Source of the DNA: Lama glama
Lineage: Eukaryota
Direction: 5' to 3'
DNA length: 64,000 bases
NCBI GenBank assembly: GCA_028534125.1
Contig: CM052817.1
Coordinates: 49,912,001 to 49,976,000, forward strand
Shown piece after piece: positions 1-13,900 of the stretch. The number at the start of each line of letters is the position of its first letter. Positions within the stretch are counted from its first letter, which is position 1. A program made the translations under genes and the position numbers. The notes under the pieces were generated by a model. It saw only the letters and a program-made list of their open reading frames with translations. It had not been told where the DNA came from and ran no database searches.

Positions 1-107
1 CTAACAGATCATGCATTCTATAGGGAAAGGCAAATGGTAAATAGTTAATGATAAGTGATTTGAAGAAAATACAGCAGATTAGGGAGCCACCTAAGAAGAT
101 TTCATTG

Positions 108-732
108 TGTTAACAAACCAAGTGTGGATCTGCTCACCTGATGCACAGCAAAGCCAATCTGCTGGCGCTGAGTTGTGTGAAGGAAAGTACAGAGTTTGTT
201 GCAGGACCAAGCAGAAAGAATGGGCAGCTCATGCTCAAAAGTCCCAAACTCCTCACTGGTTTTCAGGGAAGGGTTTTTAAAGATAGTCTGAGGGGGTGCA
301 TTGTTGGGTGTGTGATCAGCTCAGTGCTCAGTTCTCTGATTGGTTGATAACAGCGTAATGTATTTGGAATCTTCATTATCAGCTTTCTGGTTCCAGCTGA
401 CCTAGGGTCTACCTGCCACTGGTCTGCATGCAGTTAACGTCTTCCGCCTGGTGGGGATTTTAGTATCTGTGAAACAACTGGAGGATATGACTCGGAATGT
501 TATCTATAGACCTTGAAGAGGGACTCAAGGTCCTTGACTTTGTTATATGGCTTAACTATTATTATTTTGTCTTACTTGACTACTTTCTTTTGTTGCTGCA
601 TTTTCTCACTTCTCTGATTAAATTTGCTTTTTGGAAATAGGGAGATGCCTAGGAGGCTAAAACTTTCCTGCAAATGAACAGGGAGCAGGAATCTGTCCCA
701 GGGAAGGCCCCACAGAGTTCTGCTCAGTTTCA
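108..732. mobile_element. Probable ERV solo LTR inserted into an L2 remnant
   Basis: Higher-GC block with TG...CA termini (tgttaacaaacc ... ctgctcagtttca) resembling laurasiatherian ERV LTRs; L2-like sequence on both sides; no clean TSD. Confidence 0.6.
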
Positions 733-1600
733 GTAGGGTGATCAGAAATGGTCTGTGTAATATTTGTGAAGCAACATTTTAATATTTTAATATTTAAATG
801 ATAAGAGCCAGCTATTCAGAGATCTGAGGGAAGAGCATTCCAAGCAGAGGGAATAGTAAGTATAAAAACTCTAAAGTGATAACAAGCTTGACTTTTTAAG
901 AAACAGTAGTAGGCCAGTGTGACTGAAGATAATGAGCAAGAGGAAGGGTTGTGGGAGTTGAGGTTGGAGAAGTAATTGGGAGACAGACATAAAGACCCTT
1001 TTAAGTATAGAAGGTGTTTTAATTTTGTTCTAAGTGTAAAGGAAACTTGCTGAAGGATAGTTCTAAGTCAGGGAATAATGTCTCATTAGTTTCTAAAGAA
1101 TTTAGGTTGTTAGATGGAAAGTCAACTGAAGGGGAAGGGCAATAGAAGTAGAAGAGTTAAGCCATTGAAGTAGTTCAGATGAGATATGATGGTTTGGTCT
1201 GAGATTGTACTGATTCAAATAATGACAAGTAATCAGATTTGAGGTCCCTTTTGAAGGTAGAACTAACAAGACTCACAGATGGAGGAAATAAGGGAACAGG
1301 TTAAGAAGATCCCTGTATTACTGGCCTGAGCAAGTGAGTAAATGGTGGTACCATTTACTTGCTGGTCGCAAGTGAGTTGGGAAAGACTGAGGAAGAGGAG
1401 ACTAAATAAGGGGAATTAAATTCTGTTTGAGACATGTTATGTTTGTGATACCAGTTAGACATCAGAATAGAGATATTGCTCTGGCAGATGTGTAAAATCT
1501 GAGGTCAGAGGAGAGATCAAACATGTAGAAATAAGCTTAGATATCATCAGTGTATGGTAAATTCCATGGACTGAATGAAATTACCTAGGCAGAGTATGTA
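733..1600 (-). mobile_element. LINE-2 remnant
   Basis: Purine-rich antisense L2 motifs (gggaagagcattccaagcagagggaatag; tttgagacatgttatgtttgtgataccagttagacatc). Confidence 0.7.
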
Positions 1601-1923
1601 TATTAAGGAAGGTCTATGGAACACAAACAAAATTATTAAAATACATCTCTGTCAGAATATTTGTAGCAGTGATAAAACCTGAGAATGAAACAGCCATGGG
1701 CTCTAATTTTATAATACACACAGTGTGGGCAGTCAGTGAATTTAATTTCAACCTACTTTTTAAAAAAAATCTAAAGTGGTAGATAATAAAATATATATAT
1801 GGTTTATAAAACCTCTTTTAGTACCTGATGAATCTGATCCCATGTATAATTGAATTTTACATTGGAGAATGTGAATATTGAATAACCATACTTGCCCTTA
1901 TAAGCTGTGTTTTCTTTTTTCAG

Positions 1924-1986
1924 TGGGAATACAAATTTGCTCATCATGCCAACAGAATCTGTGGAGATTGATGATGCATTATACAG
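1924..1986 (+). CDS. UBA6: UBA6 exon 2 (63 nt) [21 protein letters not shown]
   Basis: ttttcag| ... tacag|gtaaga. Confidence 0.93.
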
Positions 1987-4900
1987 GTAAGAACCATAGG
2001 GAAACTGAAACTTACTTTCCTCATTCATTGTTTTCAAGTAAAGGAGTAGTTTATTTAAAGACACCATTAGGCCTATCAGAATTTTAAAAATATATCCTGA
2101 ATTCCTCTTAAGTTAAAAATTAGGGTTTCTGCAATTTTTTCTTAAACTGTAGGGTGGAAGCTTGAATAATGTTTAAATTTTGATTGCTTTGGGTTGAGAT
2201 GATATGGCTAGGAATGCTTTTGCTATCCACTATAAAATATACCTCTTGTTTCTGGACAGGAGTATATATTTATGTTCTAGTGCAGGAGTCTCATGAACAA
2301 CAATTCATTTCACTTTAGTTATACAGTAACATCTAGAGAATATGTTTACTTTAGTGTAATCTCTAACAACATTGCATGTTTGCACTATATAGACAGTAGA
2401 GAAGTATTTTGTGATTGAAGAGCTGTGATTTGAATTTAGTGGGACTTTTTTAACATGTTTTTCATGAAATGAAAATACTTTTTCCAAAATTAAAGAGAAG
2501 TTAAAAACACATACATTGCTATCATTCCTAGTAAATTTTTAAAATACTGTGAGATGTTTGCATGGAAGACAGTATAATCTCAATTTAAAACTTTTTAGAT
2601 TTCCCCTGTATATAATCATGAAAAAATAGATTTTATGTAGGTAGAATTTGGAACAATAGGTTCATTATGTACTTGAATTTCTTTTTATATTTTTTTATGT
2701 GGGATGTAGAGTCAATTTTGAGCACTTTAGAAGGAGCTAATATATATTACCTGGTATGTTGATTTCAAGTCCTGTTTTGTGCTGTATCCTTGGAAAAAGA
2801 TAAAGACTAACTTGATTTTGCTTACGTGAAAATTATTTTACCATATGGTCTTCTGACTATAATTATACTTCAAGAGTCACCTTAATCTATAATTATGATG
2901 TTTTTAATGTCTTTCTGATCTTATTCTTGGGATAGTAAATGGCAGCTCATTGAGATAGCTTTGGATAATTTTTTTTCATTATTTGTTACAATCCTTGAGA
3001 AACCTATAATGGCTGGTTAATGAACATAATTTTCAGTAAATCAGAGATTAAACTTTCCATTTGCAGTGCTACATAAGTTGGCTTATAGTTTGCTTACAGT
3101 CAGTTTGCTTAACTGAAAGTTATAGAATATAGCAATTTAGGCATCATATATAGCAGTTCATATATGATCATGTGTTGCTTAATCATAAGGTAGTTCTATT
3201 TATTTTTTAAGGCTCCTCCATACTGTTTTCCATTGCAGCCAGACCATTTTATATTCTCACCAACAGTGCACAAGGATTCCAATTTATCCATCCTTACCAA
3301 CACTTGTTATTGTCTGGGGTTTTGTTTTATAATGGCCATCCTTTCAGGTGTGAAGTGATACATCATGGTCTTGCATTTCCCTGACAATTAGTGGTGTTGA
3401 GCACCTTTTCATATCCCTCCTGGCCATTTGTGTGTCGTCTTTGGAGAAATATCTCTTCTAGTCCTTGCCCATTTTTTAATCAGGTTATTGGGATGGGGGG
3501 AGGAGAGAGATTGCTTTCGAATTGTAGTTTCTAATGTAATTTGGAGATTAACACCCTTTTCAGATATATGGTTTGAAAATATTTTCTCCCACTTTGTAGT
3601 TTGCCTTTTCATTTTGTTGATTGTTTCTTTGCTGTGCAGAAACTTTAGTTTGAAGTAGTCTCACTTGTCTATTTTTGCTTATATTGTTGTGCTTTTGGTG
3701 TCATATCCAGGAAATCCTTGCCACACCCAATGTTAAAAAGCTTTTCCCCTATGTTTTCTTCTAGGAGTTTATGGTTTCAAGGTCTTACATCTAAGTCCTT
3801 AATGCATTTTGAGTTGATTTTGTGTATAATGTAAAATAAAGGTCTGATTTCATTTTTTCATCTTTTGCTTTTAGAAATCCAATTTTCCCAACACTATTTG
3901 TTAGTCTAAACCTACTTTTTCCTCTAAATGCACTGACCGTAATAGACTACTTCCTTACCAAATGTAGTTTTTACTTTTACACCTCAATTGTCTTTTTCTT
4001 AGAGTGCCCTCCTGTGTTTCAAAAGCACCTTCTACTGACCTTTTAAGAATCACTCAGATGTCTATTCTGATATCTTACCTGAGTTACTTCTAATCTTTCC
4101 TGTTCAGTCCTAAAGCAGATTATTCCTGTTGCTAATAAAGTACTCATCATATTGTCTCACAGTATTTTTTTTAACATGTATGTCACCTCTGTTGGACTGT
4201 AAGTTTCTCCAAGCCAAGGAACATGGCAAAGTGTCTAATTCTTAAAAGAGTCTCATTAAATGATTATTGAATGACTAGAATAAGACAGAGGGTTCAGCTG
4301 GACTTGTGGTCTGGAACCTAAGATTGTTGACAGTTCAGTGGGGTGGGCAGGATCCAAAACTGAAAGAATCAAGAGATATGACAGAGAAGTCTGGAAAAGG
4401 TGCATATGGTACTAACATTAGGAGATACTGATATTGAGAGAGTACTTACACATTTCATCCTAAAACAAAACCAGTATGAGGACAAGGTGCAACATCTGCT
4501 GGAGTCTGATATGAGGCTGCTACAGTGTAATAGTCTTACATCTGGAAAATTTTGTCAGATGGAAGGATAGACAGAGAATTTATTTTTTGTCTGGAATTGG
4601 GGCATTTTGAGCAAATGAACATCTTTTAACAGACCAGATACACATAAATTCATTTTTACCTAAAAGTTAAAGAAAATATGTAACTTTTTGGCATCTTATA
4701 TGTTGATATTTGTAAGGTCAATACTTTAAATATTGTTTATTTCTTCCTAGATACTAAAATTAACATTTGGTTAATGTTTACTAGATATACAGGTTTTCCC
4801 CAGATACGAATAACTGAGTCTCAGGCTATAATTATTTGTAGACATTTAGGCCTTCCTGTAAAACTAAAACTCTCTAAAATCTAAAAATCTTGAATTTTTA

Positions 4901-7900
4901 CTAAGTTTCTGATATTTGTATATATATTTAGGTAGGAAATATTTTTAGAGCAGTTTTAATGCCTACCTTAACAGTTTCTTTCTAAATCTATCTCACTTTT
5001 TTCTTATTACTCAATCTTAAATCACCTCGTAGTTACTAATCAACTAAATCTGAAATTACTTTCAGAATCTAAAGGTTTTTGGTTTTGTTTTGTTTTGTTT
5101 TGCCGGGGGGACCACTCTGAACAGCATTCTGAGCACCTATTTATTTTTATTGCTGGCAAATTGTTGGGTGAGTTAGACTTGAGCCAGTTCTGTAGATCTG
5201 CCCATTTCTTTCCTTCTGAAGATATTCCTAAGCCTGCTCATCACAAGATTTATCTGAAGAAATGGAGTCCCAATATAGGACTCCAACCTTGGTTTTCTAG
5301 CTCCACTTTTACCAAAGAACTTTCCACTGGAAGTAATTAAGACTAATTCAAATAATAATAAAATGATATTTTGCTATCTCCTTTTAATTAATGTTCCTTA
5401 CATATACAGATTCCTGTGAAGAGATCACTGTATGAAGAAGGGGTGAATATCAAAGCAGAATCAGGACTTTCTTAAGTTTCTGGGTTAATACAACCAAAGT
5501 AGTATCAAAACTGTGTTTATTCTAATGGAATAGTAGAAGAAACCCTTTCCACTAGCTTTTGAGATAACAGTCTTTTGGGATTTGCTTCTGCTCCTCTGAC
5601 TCTTCCTTCTCAGGCTTTTGTTAGGTCTTGCTTTGCCTGCACCATAAATGCCAGGTTCTAACTTTAGGATTTTTCTTTCAGTTCAGATCATCCATTTCCA
5701 TGATTTTAACTATCTCTGCATGCTAATGATACTTGAGTCTCTTTCTTCAGCTTTCTCCTTCCAAGCTCAAGACCTTTGTTTTTAAATGCATGCAAGGTGC
5801 TTTAAATATAAACCAGGCAGGTGTTCAACAGATGTCTATGTTTTATAGAAACAGTTTGGTACAGTAGAATGAACATGGTCTCTGGAGATAGAGGAGAATG
5901 TTCACATTCAATTCTGACATTTATATGAACTGAAACTGGTTACTTAATCTTTCTGCTGCTTGTATTTCTCTTGTGTAAATGAGAATAATATCTTATATCT
6001 TAAGAATAGTATCTTAGTCTTAAAGGTTTTATGAAAAAACTGTTAATATAAAATAGTTCTCAGCATTAAGTAGTACTTAACACCATTGGATCCCTTTTCG
6101 TTTCCTCTTCCCATTCCCAAGTTTAATTGATGCCACACCGACTCAGTAACCAAACTAGAAACCTTGGTGTCATCTTAGATTTTTCCCTATTTGTCATCCT
6201 CCAAATTCAGTTAATTTTTTAAAATCCTTTCAGTTCCTTTTAGATAACTCTTACTTCCGGTTCTTCAATTTTTCTCTCCCTGCATTTGGCATCTCACAGT
6301 TGAACTATTATGATATTATCTTACATGATCTCTTTAGAACTATTTTTGTCTCTAATTCATCTTTCATAAGTTATTTAAAGTGGTATTTTTGACATTTATC
6401 TCAGAGTCTATGGCTTTTCAGTTTAAAATCCTAAATTGTTTCCCCATCATCTGCATTGGTGAAGCCAAACTGTATAATACACATTTTAGTCCTTTTTTGG
6501 ATACAGCATAACAGTGCCTGAGAGTATGAACTTTGGTATTAGATCTGAATTTGAATCTTTCTCCACTATTTATGAGTGTATGGTCTTAAGTTACTTAACC
6601 TTTTAAGTCTAGTAATTTCTTTCATTCATACTTTTTTATACATTCATTTATTCAACAAATATTTAATGAGAAAATACATACAAATTGCAAATTAATCATG
6701 AAGAATAGTACCTATGAGACAGTCATTCCTAATTATTTATGATGAGTTAGGGCCTTATCTTTCTTTTTAGCCTCCATGTCAACTTCTCACCACTTTGCCT
6801 TCCAACATCCTATCCTTTACCCTTGTCGAATTTTATGTAAATATTGTCAGGGTCTAGGATTTGATTTTACCTAATTACAAGCTTAAAAACTAGCCTATTA
6901 CTGTTTAGTGGATGCTAACAGAAGATCTGAAACATCTTGGTCAGAGGCAAAGTATTCCATTACTTGTGATTCAGCAAATAGGATGGGCATCAGCATGGTG
7001 TTGGTTCCCCTTGTTCCCAAGTCCCATTAGGGTGATGCCATGGGCCCAGATGGATGCTTTATACTTACGGCTGAGGAACACTGAATTTGGGGGATCCACT
7101 CAAAATAGTAAGCAAGCATTCTCTTTGTCTTGGAGAGAAACTCACTCCATACCTCAAAGTTACATGTTGCAAATATAATCTTGAGAAAGGGCCCAGATAA
7201 AAAGCATTCAGGACATCGCCTACTAGGTATATCTAGAGAGACATCTAGGAGTTGAAAAGCCCATGAAGTAGTATCTCTCAACATAAATACATATTTTCCC
7301 ACAGTTTATTAAAATATGAGTTAATATAAAGTAAACTACTGAAGTATTTAAAGTGTAAAATTTGATGTGTTTTAACATATGTAGACTCATGAAATCATCA
7401 CCACAATTTAGATAACATATCCATCACAACTAAACATTTTTTTTGTGCCACTTTGTAATCCCTTCCTCTCTTTTCTCTCCATCTATGATTTCCCCAGGCA
7501 ACCGCTGATCTGCTTTTTGTACTGTAGAATAGTTTTTATTTTCTAGAATTCTTATAAACAGAATCATACAGTATGTACACCTTTGGTGAGTCTCGCTTCT
7601 TTCACTTAGCATAATGATTTTGAGATTCATCTATGATGTCCAGCTTTTAGTTTGATTAAAAAAATTTTTTTGTATTTCAGTGATTTCTATTCTTCTCTTT
7701 TGAGGGTTTTTTCTTCTACTTATTTTGAGTTTACTTTGCTCTTTTTTCCTAAATTCCTGAGGTAGAAGTTGAAATCATGATTTTTGAAACCTTTCTTCTT
7801 TGTTTTTTTTTTTTNNNNNNNNNNNNNNNNNNNNNNNNNNNNNNNNNNNNNNNNNNNNNNNNNNNNNNNNNNNNNNNNNNNNNNNNNNNNNNNNNNNNNN

Positions 7901-10900
7901 NNNNNNNNNNNNNNNNNNNNNNNNNNNNNNNNNNNNNNNNNNNNNNNNNNNNNNNNNNNNNNNNNNNNNNNNNNNNNNNNNNNNNNNNNNNNNNNNNNNN
8001 NNNNNNNNNNNNNNNNNNNNNNNNNNNNNNNNNNNNNNNNNNNNNNNNNNNNNNNNNNNNNNNNNNNNNNNNNNNNNNNNNNNNNNNNNNNNNNNNNNNN
8101 NNNNNNNNNNNNNNNNNNNNNNNNNNNNNNNNNNNNNNNNNNNNNNNNNNNNNNNNNNNNNNNNNNNNNNNNNNNNNNNNNNNNNNNNNNNNNNNNNNNN
8201 NNNNNNNNNNNNNNNNNNNNNNNNNNNNNNNNNNNNNNNNNNNNNNNNNNNNNNNNNNNNNNNNNNNNNNNNNNNNNNNNNNNNNNNNNNNNNNNNNNNN
8301 NNNNNNNNNNNNNNATTGGGGTGCAGGTGTCATCCTGAAGTAGATTTCCTTCTGGGTACAAGCCCAGGAGTGGGGTTCCTGGGTCATATGGTAAGTCTAT
8401 TCCTAGTCTTTTGAGGAATCTCCACACTGTTTTCCATAGTGGCTGCACCAAACCTTTCTTCTTTGTTAATGTATCCATTTCATGTTAAAAATTTTCCTTT
8501 AAACACTGCTTTAATATGTGTTCGACAGATATGTCTTCATTTTTATTCAGTTCAGAAAACTTCAAATTTTCTTTTGATTTCTTTGACCCATGCATTATTT
8601 AGAAGCATCTTATTTGGTTTCCCAATGTTGAGGGATTTTTTTTCAGAGATCTTTCTATTGTTAATCTCTGATTTAATTCCACTGCTATTAGTGGACATAC
8701 TTGGTGTGACTTAAATTTGTTCTTAGTTTTGGGTGCAGAATATGATCTATCTTGGTCATTGATCTGTGTGCATTTGAAAAGAATGTGTATTCTGTTATGT
8801 ATTGGATTGTCCTATCAATATCAATTAGGTTGAATCAATCAATAGTGTTGTTCAGGTATTCTGTATCATTGCTGATTTTTTGTCTATTCTTTATGCCAAT
8901 TATTGAGAGAGGGTTGTTATCCATAATTTCATATTTGTACATTTCTTATTTCAGTTCTACCAGTTTTTGCTTCACGTAGTTTGATGTTCCGAATTAGTGC
9001 ATAAACATTTAGAATTGTTATGTCCTCCTGATGTACTGATGCTTTTATCATTGTGAAATGGCCCTCTATCCTAGTAATTTTCTTTGCTTAGAAATCTGTT
9101 TGCCTGGTATTAAAATAGTCCAGTTTTTTCTTGATTATTTGGTAGGAGGGTGTCTTTTTCCACCCTTTTACTTTGATTTGTATATTTTAATTGGGTTCCT
9201 TGTAGATAGAATGTAGTTGGGTTTTTCTTTTTACTCAGTCTGACAATCTGTCTTTTAATTAGAGTGTTTACACCATTTACATTTAATATGGAACATTGAT
9301 ACTGTTTTGTTATTTGTTTTCTAACTGCCTAATCTGTTACTGGTTTTCCTTTTTTTTCCTCTTTTTATTTTGTTGAATAATAGAGCATTTTAATTATATT
9401 TTATCTCCTTTATTGGCATGTTACTATACAGTCATCCTTCAGTATCCATGGGGGATTGGAGTCTCCATATATACCAAAATCCACAGATACTCAAGTCCCT
9501 TATGTTAAGTGGTGTAGTACAGTGAATACAGTCAGCCCTCCGTATCTGCAGATATGGATATGGAGGACTGACTGTATATTTGTTGGAAAAAAATCCACAT
9601 ATAAGTGGACACACACAGTTCAAACCTGTGTTGTTCAAGGGTCAACTGTACTTCCTTATTTTGCATTTTTTAGTGATTACTTAATGATTTATAGTGTACA
9701 TCTGTAATGTATTACAGTGTATGTCCAAATTTTACTGTATCACTTTATGCTGTAAGAAAATTATAACAGTATACTTCTGTTTCTTCTATCCTGGAATTTG
9801 AGTTATTGTTATCTTAACATTTTACTTCTACGTATGCTATAAACCCACAATACATTATTGGTTTTGGCTTAAACAGTTGATTAAGACAGATATTAAAAAT
9901 AAGGAAAAAAAGCTTTTGTATTTATCTATGTATTTGTCATTTCTGATATTCTCTATTCCTTTTGTAAATTAAGATTTCCATCTGGTGTGAAGATTTACTT
10001 TAACAGTTCTTATAGTGAAGTTCTGCCAGCAGTGAACTCATTCAGCTTTTGTGTGTTTAATGAAGTCTTACTTTTTTGAAATTGAGTATAGACTTTAGGT
10101 TGACAGTTTTTTTTTCCAGTACTTTAACAATGTTGTGCCACTGTCATCTGATTTGTACTGCCTCTTGGGAGAAAGTCAGTTGTCATTCTTACTTTCCTCT
10201 GTAAATCGGATGATTTATTTTCTCTGATTGCTTTTCATATTTTCTCTTGATCCCTGGTACTAAACAATTATGATATGCTTTGGTACAGTTTTCTTTACAT
10301 GTCTTGTTCTTTGGTTTGTTTGCATCGTGGTTTGTGAGTTCCTGGAGTGTGTGTTCCTGGAAATTTTTGAGCTATTTAATTCTTCAAATGTATTTTTCCC
10401 TCCCCCTTTCTCCGCTCTCTTTCAGGGACCCCAATTTCACATGTATTAGACCAAGTGAAGTCCCACAGCTTGCTTAAGGTTCTGTTTATTTTTCTCAGTC
10501 TTTTTATTTTTTTTCCATCTCTCTGTTTCATTTTGTAAAGTTCCTGTTGTTATGTCTTCAGGTTCATTTCTGCAATGTTGAATCTGTTCATTTCATTCAG
10601 TGTTATTTTTCATCTTAGATTTTTATAGTTTTTATCTCTAGAAGTTTTGCTGCTTCTTGAGCATATGAATTGTATTTTTAATTGTTTTAATTTCTTTACA
10701 CATTCTATCATCTTTCGTTTTTGAGTATGTTCATTTTTTATTTTTATATTCATTATGAGTTGTATTTTCCTGCTCTTTTGCGTATCTAATATTTCAGTGT
10801 GTGTCAGACATATGAATTTTACCTTTTTAAATGTTGGGTAATTTTTAATTCCTTGAAATATTAAACTTTTTCAGGGACACAGTTAAGTTACTCAAAAGTA

Positions 10901-13900
10901 ATTTTATTTTTTCAAGGCTTACTTCTAAGTTTTGTTAGGTGAGACCAGAGAAGACTCGGTTCTGGGGCTAATTTTTCCTCAGTATTGATGTAATATTTTT
11001 TTGAGTATTCTATCTAGTGCCCTCTGTATTACAAGGTTTTCCATTTGGCTGGAGAGGAACACGAACTGTTTCTAGCTCAGTTTAAACAACAGTGATTGTT
11101 TCACCTCCCCTTTTCAGTTGATTCTTTCCCTATCTCAAGGTTGTTTCCTCATCTTACTTAGCTGAAAACTCAAGGAGAACCCTTTACGGAATAATGGGGT
11201 TCTCTCTGTGCATCTCTCTGCTCAGAAATTCTAACTGCCTTGAATTCACAGCTCTGTCTCTTCAATTCCAGGAGACCACCAGGCTCTGTTTGGGTTTCTC
11301 TTCCTGCGCTGCAGCCTAGAAGCTCCAGGCAGTGGCTAGGGCAATCGTAAAGCTCACCTCATTTGTTTTTCTTCTTTGAGATTACTGTGGTGAGTTGCCT
11401 GTTGTTCAGTGTCTGAGATCTGTTTCATTTATATTGTCCAGTTTTCAATTGTTTAACACAGGAAAAGGATAAATCTGATCCCTGGTACTTAGCCATGGCC
11501 AGAAGTGGAAGCCTTACATATATACTATGTATATGCCTTTCTTTTTCATGCTTTTCTTTTTCCTGGCATAGAATGCTTTTCCTTCTTTGACTCATTTTTT
11601 AGCACCTATTAAGTCTTCAGATTTCAACTTGGATGAACCTTATTTGTGAAGCTTTCCATGACCTCCGCTGATAGAGATAATCACTTCCTTTTCAAAGGTT
11701 CCCTTAGTTTCTGGTACTTCCGTATGTAGTACCTAATAATGGATGATTTATCTCTCCCAATAACATATCACAGGCATCCTGCTAGGTATTTTATATATTT
11801 TCTCTTACTTAATTTAATCCTTATAGTGCCTCACATGAGGTTATTGCTGTCATAATCACCACACAGTGCCAGTGCCTGGCTTGAAATAGTGATTTTATTA
11901 AATTAATGCATGAAGATAATTAAGTACATCCAGAAGAAAGTGAGCAGAGTGTTCAGGGGGACTCAAAATAATGTCATGTTTGGAATTGTTTAAGGAACTG
12001 GAGATGTTTAGCCTGGAGAAAGAAGACTCTGGAACCTAAATACCCTCTTCAAATGTTTGGAGGGCTGTCACATCGAAGAGGGATTAGGCGAGTTCCCTAT
12101 AGCCCCAAGGAGGTAAAATTAGGACTAGTGGTGAAAACTACAGGGAGATGTTGTACCTTCATAAAAGGAGGAATCTTTGATAAATAGGGCTCTCTAAAAG
12201 TAGAGTAGATAGCTCTGGAAATTTCTTTTTTCACTAGATACATTCACTGAAATGTTGCCTGTCCACTTAATACAGTCAGCTGTAATACAACAGTGCTGGG
12301 CTTGAAGTTACACGCTCAGCTCTTTAAATCCCATCTCATAGGATTTAAGTGTCAGTTGCAGAGTACCTGACATTGCCTAGCACAAAGTAGGTGCTTACTT
12401 AGTACCCTTACCCTTGGTGGCCAAAGATTGAAAAGGTAGGTAATTTAGGTAACTGTTGAGAATCTGTCTGAGATTATATGATTCTTTGGAAAACCTTGGT
12501 TCATAATCTTAATTTTATTCTTTTGTCTGGATGTTCTTTGTCATTTATAGCCACATTTATGTCATGGCTATTTATTATTTGCCAAAGTAATCTTAAAAAT
12601 AATTGATGAAGACAAGCCTGAGATGAAAAACATACTTTTAATGTAGTTCTTGTGACTGTGAATATAGTAAAAAGAATTCAAGTCCTCTGATTCGTGGAGC
12701 ATAAAAGTGTTGTTCTTGTTCCTGTGTGCAAGTTCATTTCTTTCATTAATTTAGCAAGTTTTTGTGTGTCTGTTATGTGCCAGTTGTGCCAGGCCCTGTT
12801 AGTCATAGGGGATATAGTAGTAAATAAAGCAGGCCCTGCCTTAAGGAATTTACAATCTCCTAGGAAAAATAGACAAATAGTGAAAATATACTATGGTAAG
12901 TATTACAGTAGATTGAATGTTGAGTGTTATGGATGCACATAAAAGATGATGCAGCACTGTCTTGAGAAAGGTTAGGGGTATTGAGAGAAGCATCATGGGT
13001 GAAAGTAATGTATAATTTGAGACCTTTGGACAAGTAGGAGTTATTCAGGCTTGAAATGCTGAGGGAGAGGAACTGAAAACCTTTACTATACTTGGAACAT
13101 GGAGTTTGATGATAGAGTGACCAAAGATGAGGCTAGAGAGCCAGGGAGAGACTGCATTTTAAATGGCTTTGTGACTAATACTGGAGTCTAGATTATCATA
13201 AGGGACATAGGAAACCACTGGAGTTTTTAAAGCAGGAAAATGATTTGACCAGATTTATATTCAGAAAAGTCATCCCATCTCTCTTAGTAGGAAGTTAATA
13301 GGTACAAATTTATTTCTCGAAAAGTCAAGAAATAAATGTACAGACATCTTATTGAGAAATAAGACAGTAAATATTAGAAGAAATAACTAAGAAAATTGAA
13401 GGTGGTTGTTCTTAGGGTTTAGGAATCAGGGGTAGGGAACTGATTTTTTGTCTTCCTGTAAAAGCCTTGTAGAATGATTTGACTTTCTTAATCTGCATGT
13501 AGTGTAGCATAGTGGTTAAGGGTATGGATGCTAAGGCCAGACTGGCTGGGTTGAATCTTGCCTCCACTATTCATAAGTTAATTATTTTCTCTGTGCTTAC
13601 GTTTTCCTTTCTGCAAAAATGGGAATAATAATTGAGCTTATAGAATTTTTGTGAAGATTAAGTGAGTTAATACAAATAAAACACACAAAAAATGTGTGGT
13701 ACATAATGAACACTGAGTGTTAGCTGTCATTCTTACATGTCAGCACTGTTCAGGTTCTGACATGTAAGAAGAATAGACAAACAGAATCATAGCGAAGCAT
13801 TTTTTAAATGTTGCTTTTAGTAATCAAGAGAAGAAGCAAACAGTAAAATCAGAATGGGTCTAGATTTCATTGACATGATTATTAAGTGTAATCCAATGCT

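Larger units (their letters stand above)
7305..11500 (-). mobile_element. Old LINE-1 (L1M-type) fragments interrupted by younger insertions
   Basis: T-rich antisense L1 motifs (gcatttgaaaagaatgtgtattctg; ttcacttagcataatgattttgagattcat); ORF 7430..7630 resembles L1 3' region. Confidence 0.75.

Noticed and set aside
5263..5285. 8-bp hairpin tggagtcc/ggactcca
   Set aside because: Too short to exceed chance expectation in 64 kb
7720..8478. Five long ORFs (184-252 aa) in the ORF track
   Set aside because: Artefacts of translating through 500 N; the only real signal is a short L1 ORF2 fragment
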